Shown here piece by piece: positions 1 through 6,158 of a DNA stretch of 12,991 nucleotides; the first letter of the stretch is position 1; each line of letters begins with the position of its first letter. Source of the stretch: Candidatus Binatia bacterium (GTDB lineage Bacteria > Desulfobacterota > Binatia > Bin18); assembly GCA_963664395.2 (NCBI GenBank), contig CAXXIS010000004.1, positions 1 to 12,991 on the forward strand. Direction: 5' to 3'. Made by a program: the position numbers and the translations under genes. The notes beneath the pieces were generated by a model. That model was not told the DNA's origin, ran no database searches, and saw only the letters and a program-made list of their open reading frames with translations.

Positions 1-595
1 CGCCCAGTCAGCCGGTCGGCAATCGTTCCCAGGAAGCACCGGCGGCGCCGCACGGGGTGTATCCCTGCAAGGTGACGACCGCTGGTGCGCGATTGCCGTC
101 TTCACCCAAGCAGAATGGCAGCGTCTGTGCCGCGTCTTGGGGCAGCCGGCCTGGACGCGCGAAGCGCGCTTTGCCAGCCTTGCAGACCGTCTCCACCATC
201 AAGACGCTTTGGACGGGTATATTGAAGCCTGGACCCGGCAGCATACGGCTGAAGAAGTCATGACCCGTCTGCAAGAAGCGGCCATCGCCGCCGGCGTGGT
301 TGCCAACGGGGAAGACTTGGACCGCGACCCACAACTGCGGGCGCGGGGGTATTGGGCACGGCTGCCGGCCCAGGAAAACGGGAAAACGGAGGAGGTCATA
401 CTTGACGGGCCGCCGTTCAAGCTCTCTCAGACGCCAGGCTACGTGGCCACCCCAGGCCCGCTGCTGGGTGAGCATACGGATAGCGTGCTGCGCCGCTTAC
501 TCAACTACTCTGACCAGCAGATCGCTCAACTCAAGGCAGAGAAGGTCATCGCCTCGCACGCCGAGATTCACGCCGAGCGGACGGTACGGGACTAG
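1..595 (+). CDS. CoA-transferase family III (CaiB/BaiF), C-terminal part; 5'-truncated by window edge, apparent 1-nt frameshift at ~69-71
   Basis: Frame 3 (3-71) reads PSQPVGNRSQEAPAAPHGVYPCK. Frame 2 (71-595) continues GDDRWCAIAVFTQAEWQRLCRVLGQPAW...DPQLRARGYW...PGPLLGEHTDSVL. The joined sequence is collinear with the paralog at 7387-8601 (GNRDPHMAPHGVFRSKGDDRWVSLSV). Confidence 0.9.
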   Translation, partial: AQSAGRQSFPGSTGGAARGVSLQGDDRWCAIAVFTQAEWQRLCRVLGQPAWTREARFASLADRLHHQDALDGYIEAWTRQHTAEEVMTRLQEAAIAAGVVANGEDLDRDPQLRARGYWARLPAQENGKTEEVILDGPPFKLSQTPGYVATPGPLLGEHTDSVLRRLLNYSDQQIAQLKAEKVIASHAEIHAERTVRD

Positions 596-602
596 GGTGC
601 AG

Positions 603-932
603 ATGTCCAAATACTTCAAGGAAATCTTCAAACGCGATAATGGACGTTGCGTCTACTGCTGTCGCGACCTCATGAGCGATTTTGAAGCGTTCATGATCGC
701 CGAGGAAGACCACCTGATTCCCGCGGCGGCCGGCGGACCCGACGAACCACAGAACATTGTCATAGCGTGCGCCGTATGTAATCGCCTCAAGGGAAAGTTT
801 AAACCCGAGATGTCCCTGAATTTGAATGATCTCGAATCTCGGCGAAAATACATTGAGGTAGTTCGCGCTTACATTATGAAACGCCGTGCAGTCAAAATGG
901 CAGACTTCGCTTCCTGGACTCACCCCGAATGA
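603..932 (+). CDS. Stand-alone HNH endonuclease (zinc-binding, McrA-like motif), 109 aa
   Basis: IFKRDNGRCVYC...EEDHLIPAAAGGPDEPQNIVIACAVCNRLKG matches the CxxC, DH, GG..N..CxxCN..K HNH signature. ATG at 603 is preferred because the longer 300..932 ORF overlaps the CoA-transferase. Confidence 0.88.
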   Translation: MSKYFKEIFKRDNGRCVYCCRDLMSDFEAFMIAEEDHLIPAAAGGPDEPQNIVIACAVCNRLKGKFKPEMSLNLNDLESRRKYIEVVRAYIMKRRAVKMADFASWTHPE

Positions 933-995
933 CCACTAACGCGGCTCGCCTTATTCGAGCTATTCCTCGGAAGCTAGGTGCGGTATCTTGCCGGT

Positions 996-1490
996 ATGGC
1001 CAAACCGCGTGTGTATGTTGAGACCACGATCCCCAGCTTCTATCATGAGGAACGCACCGCCCCCGACATCGTGGCGCGTCGGGAGTGGACCCGACGGTGG
1101 TGGGACAATGCGCCTGATCGCCACGAGATGGTCACCAGTCCAGCCGTGCTAGACGAACTAGCCGGAGGTATACCGGAGCGCAGCACGAAACGATTGGCTC
1201 TGGTTCGTGATCTGCCGCTTCTGCCCGTCGAGCCGGCCATCGCCGAGATTGTCCAGGCGTATATCCGGCACAAACTGATGCCGGCTGATCCTGGTGGGGA
1301 CGCGCTGCACCTAGCGCTCGCCTCCTATCACAAGTGTGACTTTCTGGTAACCTGGAATTGTCGGCACCTTGCAAACGCAAACAAGTTTGGACACATCCGT
1401 CGTGTGAATGCCATGCTCGGGCTTTTCGTGCCGGCTTTGGTGACACCCCTGGAACTCCTGGGAGGGATCGATGAAACAGAACCTAAGTGA
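996..1490 (+). CDS. PIN-domain (VapC-like) type II toxin/RNase
   Basis: RVYVETTIPSFY, S..VLDEL, DALHLALAS and DFLVTWNCRHLAN are PIN-family motifs. ATG at 996; alternative GTG at 978. Confidence 0.88.
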   Translation: MAKPRVYVETTIPSFYHEERTAPDIVARREWTRRWWDNAPDRHEMVTSPAVLDELAGGIPERSTKRLALVRDLPLLPVEPAIAEIVQAYIRHKLMPADPGGDALHLALASYHKCDFLVTWNCRHLANANKFGHIRRVNAMLGLFVPALVTPLELLGGIDETEPK

Positions 1491-1686
1491 TCCGGTAATC
1501 GACGAGATCCGCGAAGTGCGATACCGCATATCGGCGCGCTTCGAGCATGATCCTACACAACTGGTGGCCTTCTACATGGAGATGCAGAAGCAATACCAGG
1601 ACCGACTGATTGAGACCGCAAAGAGTACTGAGCAGCACCGCGACCAGCCCGCCGCGTGGATTGATGATGAGCAGACTGAAATGTGA
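1471..1686 (+). CDS. Small helical protein, probable antitoxin partner of the PIN gene (toxin-first order)
   Basis: Overlaps the PIN gene end, with GGAGG upstream. The DPVIDEIREVRYRISARF motif is typical of small proteins found after this PIN subfamily. The C-terminal ~10 aa may be a junction-derived extension. Confidence 0.7.
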   Translation: MKQNLSDPVIDEIREVRYRISARFEHDPTQLVAFYMEMQKQYQDRLIETAKSTEQHRDQPAAWIDDEQTEM

Positions 1687-1912
1687 CACTTGTGGAGAGC
1701 AAGCCGCCCGAATCCGCCACGTCTCCCGTAGCTATGGTTCTGGCGAGGAGCTGCTGGTGATTGAAGGGATTCCCCTGATCTCGTGCTCAAGCTGTAGTGA
1801 AAGCTATTTTACCGCTGAGACGCTTCACGAGGTCGAACGCATAAAACTGCATCGGCAAGGGTTCGCACAGACAAGACCAGTGTCCGTGGCAAGATTCCAT
1901 CAGGCCGCCTAA
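1664..1912 (+). CDS. YgiT-type zinc finger protein (MqsA N-domain-like)
   Basis: CDTC...LLVIEGIPLISCSSCSESYFTAETL gives CxxC...P...CxxCxExY. Start at 1664 or 1667. Confidence 0.85.
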   Translation: MMSRLKCDTCGEQAARIRHVSRSYGSGEELLVIEGIPLISCSSCSESYFTAETLHEVERIKLHRQGFAQTRPVSVARFHQAA

Positions 1913-1930
1913 CCCGTCGCTCAATTAGGC
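1907..1930 (+). other. attC-like left half-site / short inverted repeat between convergent genes
   Basis: GCCTAAC (RYYYAAC, contains the YgiT stop), 5-nt spacer CCGTC, then GCTCAATT. TTAGGC at 1925-1930 is complementary to GCCTAA. Too short for a full attC. Confidence 0.35.
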
Positions 1931-2959
1931 CGTCGCCGGCAACTCCCAATGGCGCTGCTGCACGGCCCGGACGTTGGGAAGCAAACCCTGTCGTTCATAT
2001 GTGGGGAGCGGGTGGTCGAGCCGGTCACCGCCCATTTCGTCCAGAACGTGGATCACTGAGGTTTCGAGCCCTTCCAGATCGTAGCCGCCTTCGAGAATGG
2101 CGGCACAACGGCCCTGGGCCTGATCCCGCGCCACGCGCAGGAGAATACGTGCCAGGGCCGTAAAGCCTTCTGCTGTGACGGTCAGACCGCCGAGGGGGTC
2201 GCGGGCGTGGGCGTCAAAGCCGGCCGAGATCAACACGAACTCGGGCTGAAACTGGCGACAAATGGGATCAATCACCTCTTCAAAGAGAGGCAGAAAGGCG
2301 GCATCTCCCCAGCCGGCGCTGAGGGGCAGGTTGACAGTATACCCCTCGCCGCTGCCGTGGCCGGCCTCTTCGGCGGCACCCGTGCCGGGGTAGTACGGAT
2401 ATTGATGGGTCGAGATATACAGCACGCCAGGGTCGTCGTAGAAACTGTGCTGGGTGCCATTACCGTGGTGCAGGTCCCAGTCCATCACCAGAATCCGGCT
2501 TAGCCCAAATCGTTCCCTCAGATATTGCGCACCAACAGCAACGCTGTTGAATAAACAAAAGCCCATGGCTCGGTTGCGTTCGGCATGATGACCGGGCGGT
2601 CGCACCAGGGCGAAGCCGTTGTCCACTTCGCGCTCCATGACCGCATCCAGAATAGTCAAAAGGCCTCCGGTGGCGAGCAGGGCCGTCTCATACGACTGCG
2701 CGGACACGCGCGTATCCGCGTCAAAGGCTGCGGCTTCGAGGCCGGCAGAGGCAGCGACGCGGCCAATCAGGCTGGTGTCGTGCACCAAAGCGATCTCTTC
2801 ATGCGTCGCGTGTCTGGGGTCAAAACGTTTCAAACCGTCGCGCTTATAGGACGCGAAGCGGCTGAGTAAGGTGCCGATCCGCTCCGCACGTTCCGGATGG
2901 CCCTGACCTGGGTTGTGGTCTTGATAGCGTGCGTCCAGCACGATGCCTGTCTGTAACAT
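1925..2959 (-). CDS. Histone deacetylase-family (Zn-dependent lysine/polyamine deacetylase-like) protein
   Basis: Motifs HPE, RPPGHHA, GFCLFN, DWDLHHGNGTQ, YPGTG, SAGFDAH.DPLG and LEGGY. AGGAG RBS before the ATG at 2959. Confidence 0.95.
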   Translation of the reverse strand: MLQTGIVLDARYQDHNPGQGHPERAERIGTLLSRFASYKRDGLKRFDPRHATHEEIALVHDTSLIGRVAASAGLEAAAFDADTRVSAQSYETALLATGGLLTILDAVMEREVDNGFALVRPPGHHAERNRAMGFCLFNSVAVGAQYLRERFGLSRILVMDWDLHHGNGTQHSFYDDPGVLYISTHQYPYYPGTGAAEEAGHGSGEGYTVNLPLSAGWGDAAFLPLFEEVIDPICRQFQPEFVLISAGFDAHARDPLGGLTVTAEGFTALARILLRVARDQAQGRCAAILEGGYDLEGLETSVIHVLDEMGGDRLDHPLPTYERQGLLPNVRAVQQRHWELPATA

Positions 2960-3039
2960 TGATCGCTCCTTTCCCACTGCGCCCCGGCCATAACTTGCGC
3001 CGGTTTTTCGATTATACTACCGTAACCCAAGAGGCAAAT

Positions 3040-3342
3040 ATGTTTGGAATCGGGATGCCGGAGTTGGTGGTTATTATGGTTGTGGCGCTGATCGTACTCG
3101 GCCCTAAGCGCCTGCCCGAGGCGGCGCGTGGTTTGGGTAAAGCCTTTGCCGAGTTGCGCCGGGCAACGAGCGGCATCACCGAAGAGCTCGATAATGCCCA
3201 GATCATGCTGGACGAAGAAGTGCGCGCCACCGAACGCAACGTGCGGACGAACCCTACGGCCATGCCGCCTGCTCCCCCTTCCGCCTCGACACAGTCTTCA
3301 GAGGCAACAGAAAAGAAAGAGAGCACCGGAGGGGACAATTAG
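3040..3342 (+). CDS. tatB: Twin-arginine translocase TatA/TatB-family subunit (TatB-like)
   Basis: MFGIGMPELVVIMVVALIVLGPKRLPEAARGLGKAFAELRR: TM helix, GP hinge and amphipathic helix; lies directly upstream of tatC. TatA versus TatB is not fully separable by eye. Confidence 0.85.
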   Translation: MFGIGMPELVVIMVVALIVLGPKRLPEAARGLGKAFAELRRATSGITEELDNAQIMLDEEVRATERNVRTNPTAMPPAPPSASTQSSEATEKKESTGGDN

Positions 3343-3345
3343 GAC

Positions 3346-4113
3346 ATGGTCTATGACGACCGGTCCATGCCGCTCACCGGCCATCTGGATGAGTTGCGCA
3401 GCTGTCTCATTCGGTCCTTGCTCGCCATTTTCATTGTCTTTCTCCCGGCCTATTTCTTTGCCAATGTGCTGTTTGATTTTCTCGCTCAGCCCCTCCGTCA
3501 CATAACCACCGATCCCCATTCTCTGATTGGCACCAGCCCGACCGAGGCATTCTTTACAAAAATCAAGGTGGCTTTTATTGCGGCGCTCTTTGGCGCCAGC
3601 CCGGCTATTTTCTACCAGCTCTGGCAGTTCGTTGCTCCAGGCCTATACCCGCAGGAACGCCGCTACGTCTGGCCGTTTGTCCTCTTCTGTTCGTTTTTTT
3701 TCGTGCTCGGGGCCGGCTTTTGTTATACCGTCGTCCTGCCGATTGCATATGCGTTTTTCCTGGGAGAGTTCCGCAGCATCGGGGTACAGGCCACCCTAAA
3801 AATCAGCGAATATCTGACCTTCACGGCCAGAACGCTGCTCGCCTTTGGGGTGACGTTTGAACTTCCCGTACTCGCCTTTTTCTTTGCGCGTGTCGGGCTC
3901 ATCACACACCATACCCTCATTGGCGCATTCCGGTACGCTGCGGTCGGCGTATTTATCCTGGCCGCCATCCTCACCCCACCCGACGCTATCTCCCAAATGC
4001 TCCTCGCCGTCCCGCTGCTCTTGCTGTATGTGCTCAGCATCGGGGTGGCCTATGTGTTTGGAAAAAAGAAGGAGGCGAGTGAGGAGACGGAGGTGGAGAA
4101 TGAGGACGAGTAA
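3346..4113 (+). CDS. tatC: Twin-arginine translocase subunit TatC
   Basis: MPLTGHLDELR, SPTEAFFTKIK, QLWQFVAPGLYPQER, FGVTFELP and AAILTPPD motifs; about six TM segments. Confidence 0.97.
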   Translation: MVYDDRSMPLTGHLDELRSCLIRSLLAIFIVFLPAYFFANVLFDFLAQPLRHITTDPHSLIGTSPTEAFFTKIKVAFIAALFGASPAIFYQLWQFVAPGLYPQERRYVWPFVLFCSFFFVLGAGFCYTVVLPIAYAFFLGEFRSIGVQATLKISEYLTFTARTLLAFGVTFELPVLAFFFARVGLITHHTLIGAFRYAAVGVFILAAILTPPDAISQMLLAVPLLLLYVLSIGVAYVFGKKKEASEETEVENEDE

Positions 4114-4155
4114 CGGCTTTTTGATAGGCCGGCGTTTCCGAGCGCGCGAAGATGT

Positions 4156-4227
4156 CTGGTACGACAACGTTTGAGGGCTGCCGAGCAGCATTATCGGGAG
4201 CAGTACGCTCCGGGGAAAAAGCCATGA
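4156..4227 (+). pseudogene. 3' remnant of a RelE/HigB (Gp49-like) toxin gene
   Basis: Translates LVRQRLRAAEQHYREQYAPGKKP*, resembling the C-terminal helix of Gp49-like toxins. Its TGA overlaps the next ATG (ATGA, 4224-4227). No start codon or N-terminal toxin sequence lies between the tatC stop and 4156. Confidence 0.65.
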
Positions 4228-4565
4228 GTACAGATATCAAAGTGACGCCTTCAAGCGGGAATGTGTTCGCTGACCTCAATCTGCCAAATCCAGAGGAGCG
4301 CTTAGTGAAAGCGACCATCGCCTTGAGCATTGGAGAGCTGATTGAGAAACGGGGCCTCACCCAAGAGGAGGCAGGGGCTATTCTCGGGTTGCCACAACCG
4401 AGCGTCTCGAACCTGATTCGAGGCAAACTAGAGAAGTTCACAATCGACCGGCTGCTTCGCTACATGCGGAAGCTCGACTACGATGTCACTATCAGTTTTA
4501 AGCCCAAGCCCAAGTCCCGCAATGAGGCCACAATACATGTCAAGGGAGCACCCCTGCCAGCCTAG
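4224..4565 (+). CDS. XRE-family HTH protein (HigA-like antitoxin, HTH_37 type)
   Basis: SSGNVFADLNLPNPEE...GLTQEEAGAILGLPQPSVSNLIRGKLEKFTIDRL is the family signature. Confidence 0.92.
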   Translation: MSTDIKVTPSSGNVFADLNLPNPEERLVKATIALSIGELIEKRGLTQEEAGAILGLPQPSVSNLIRGKLEKFTIDRLLRYMRKLDYDVTISFKPKPKSRNEATIHVKGAPLPA

Positions 4566-4612
4566 CTCACCTCTTGGGATTATTACCGAATAAATGACGG
4601 TGAACGAAACCG

Positions 4613-4966
4613 TTACACAGCATCGACCACCACACGTACATCAGCATGCTTGGACTGACGCGGTTTGTCCCTGATAACAATTTCGATGGACTTATCCAGC
4701 TTATTGAGAAAGCGAAACAAGCGTTCAGCCGAGAACCCGTCCAAATGGCCTTTCATGAGTGCAGAGACATTCGGCTGTTTGATATCGAGCAGCTTAGCTG
4801 CTTTGACCTGAGTGAGCTTCCGTGCCCGGATTATCTGGCAGATTTGAAAGGCAAGCTCCGCCTTGGCCAGATGTTCCTCTGGGTTGGGCAGTCCAATGTC
4901 CACAAAGATATTGCCGCTACTCTCTTCATATTCGATGGGGTTCGTCGCGCTCTTTGTTCGTGTCAT
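4613..4966 (-). CDS. XRE-family HTH protein (HigA-like antitoxin, HTH_37 type), second copy
   Basis: SSGNIFVDIGLPNPEEHLAKAEL...LTQVKAAKLLDIKQPNVSALMKGHLDGFSAERL; AAAGGA RBS upstream of the ATG at 4966. Confidence 0.92.
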   Translation of the reverse strand: MTRTKSATNPIEYEESSGNIFVDIGLPNPEEHLAKAELAFQICQIIRARKLTQVKAAKLLDIKQPNVSALMKGHLDGFSAERLFRFLNKLDKSIEIVIRDKPRQSKHADVRVVVDAV

Positions 4967-4979
4967 TTTCCGCGTCCTT

Positions 4980-5468
4980 TCACACCAAGCGCTGCTCGCA
5001 GTTTTGACGCTGACTACAGTTTCGGCACTTGGCTGGCGTAGAGGGTGGGGAGAGGGGTTTGTCGAGCTGCTGACGATGTGCTCGAATGCGGTCCGCAATA
5101 CCAATCACCCGCGAACGCAGCCGGCGCGTGTTTTTCACCTTGACCCGCTCACCGTCTCTCAAAATGATGAAGCCATACGGGGGCCGGACGACGTACTCTT
5201 CTTCGACTAACACCAGATACACCCCGAGTTGGGCTTGATAACTCTCGTTCATCTGTCGTCCGGACTTCTTTTCTTCCGGAATAAAATATCGACCACGTTG
5301 GACAATCCGATCCGGTTGCCCGCGGAGCATATAGCGCTCGGAAGACAGCCGCACGTCATCGTGGCTGATGGTCCTGCCGGAGCCAAAGCCGGCCCGGCGA
5401 CGGCCTATGAGGGCAACCACAAAGAGCAGGACGGACAGGCTGAGCAGCAGCGTCAGGATGACCATCAC
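4980..5468 (-). CDS. Cas4-like PD-(D/E)xK nuclease, catalytic/C-terminal part with N-terminal TM anchor
   Basis: N-terminal hydrophobic helix followed by GRRR; LRGQPD (motif II), PEEKKS (motif III, ExK), QLGVY (QxxxY), RPPYG and C-x2-C-x5-C (KCRNCSQRQNC). Lacks the N-terminal Cys and motif I His segment. Start is GTG 5468 or ATG 5465. Confidence 0.85.
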   Translation of the reverse strand: MMVILTLLLSLSVLLFVVALIGRRRAGFGSGRTISHDDVRLSSERYMLRGQPDRIVQRGRYFIPEEKKSGRQMNESYQAQLGVYLVLVEEEYVVRPPYGFIILRDGERVKVKNTRRLRSRVIGIADRIRAHRQQLDKPLSPPSTPAKCRNCSQRQNCEQRLV

Positions 5469-5710
5469 GACAGGTAGACACGGAGCAGGATACAGGCCAG
5501 GGCGATAGCCGCCACAATGAGAGCGGCTCGCATGAGCCGGGCAGTCCGGCGTTCAACCCGTTGCCACGCGGCGTGCGTTTCCGTTCCGCGGCGGAGCGCC
5601 CGCACATTGCCCGGCGGGATTTTGAGTCCATGCGTCAGCCGCCACGCTTCCTCGCAATAGACGTAGGTTCCAATTTCACTTGCTGTGACCCAATCGGAGT
5701 GTTTGGCCAT
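5465..5710 (-). CDS. Small membrane protein carrying the Cas4-like N-terminal segment
   Basis: VTASEIGTYVYCEEAWRL...ALRRGTETH matches the Cas4 N-terminus (S....Y.YC...W; G...H), followed by the C-terminal TM helix AALIVAAIALACILL. Its stop overlaps the next start (GTGATG). Confidence 0.8.
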   Translation of the reverse strand: MAKHSDWVTASEIGTYVYCEEAWRLTHGLKIPPGNVRALRRGTETHAAWQRVERRTARLMRAALIVAAIALACILLRVYLS

Positions 5711-5753
5711 AGTCGATTGTGTGTGGTGGAAGTGAGTTCGTGGGCCCTCGGAC

Positions 5754-6029
5754 CTACGCTGAGCCCTTATTCTCCGGATGCATCTTCTCCATCAACCAGT
5801 CGTCATGTTCTGTTGGACGAGGGACTTGATGCCAGTCCATGTGCTGGCGGAGTGATTCGAGCGCGGCCCAGGTATGCTCAATAAAGTCCGGTACGATCAG
5901 GAGCACGATAATGGCCTTTTTATTATCAATCGTGCGCACAATGCCGAACTCTTCGTAGGACTCGATGACACATTTGATGAGCGCAATATCGGCCCGCTCA
6001 ACCCGCAAGTAAATGTCGCTCAGCTCCAT
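5754..6029 (-). CDS. DUF4911-like small protein
   Basis: YLRVERADIALIKCVIESYEEFGIVRTID...LLIVPDF resembles DUF4911 from memory. ATG at 6029. Confidence 0.75.
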   Translation of the reverse strand: MELSDIYLRVERADIALIKCVIESYEEFGIVRTIDNKKAIIVLLIVPDFIEHTWAALESLRQHMDWHQVPRPTEHDDWLMEKMHPENKGSA

Positions 6030-6082
6030 GTCCGCACCACAAGTACTGTCTGGAGTACTGCGTGCACGGTCTGGAGTCAAGC

Positions 6083-6111
6083 TTGACGTGGCACAAGCGG
6101 CCTACTAGAGT
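6083..6111 (+). promoter_or_regulatory. Putative sigma70-type promoter for the CoA-transferase pair
   Basis: TTGACG (6083-6088), N17, TAGAGT (6106-6111); AGGAGG RBS precedes the ATG at 6159. Confidence 0.6.
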
Positions 6112-6126
6112 CTGACTCTAGTAGGC
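6100..6126. promoter_or_regulatory. Perfect 13-1-13 palindrome, candidate operator
   Basis: GCCTACTAGAGTC-T-GACTCTAGTAGGC covers the predicted -10 and +1. The palindrome itself is certain; its function is inferred. Confidence 0.7.
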
Positions 6127-6158
6127 TGGAGCTATCCGACCGGAAAGAAGGAGGGAGT

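Noticed and set aside
7-17. GTCAGCCGG(T/A)C recurring at ~7, ~8618 and ~12683 as a dispersed repeat
   Set aside because: Only 9-11 bp, GC-rich, and two copies are inside coding sequence; consistent with chance.
300-602. N-terminal extension of the HNH ORF (210 aa version)
   Set aside because: It overlaps the CoA-transferase in another frame; HNH homology starts at 603.
3694-3701. T8 run in tatC as a phase-variation site
   Set aside because: Explained by Phe codons in a TM helix; the gene is in frame and housekeeping.
4596-4620. attC-like or terminator element between the convergent XRE genes
   Set aside because: Only a short ACGGT/ACCGT stem with no U tract; GTGTAAC fits RYYYAAC poorly and there is no matching R' box.
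4967-5104. Extended N-terminus of the minus-strand XRE ORF
   Set aside because: It overlaps the Cas4-like C-terminus; the RBS and family signature support ATG 4966.
5380-5560. Twin-arginine signal peptides in the Cas4-like subunits, given nearby tatBC
   Set aside because: GRRR follows rather than precedes the hydrophobic helix. ERRTARL is internal and lacks the S/T-R-R-x-F-L consensus.
4566-6158. CRISPR array or cas operon around the Cas4-like genes
   Set aside because: No regularly spaced repeats and no cas1/cas2 or effector genes; intergenic gaps are too short.
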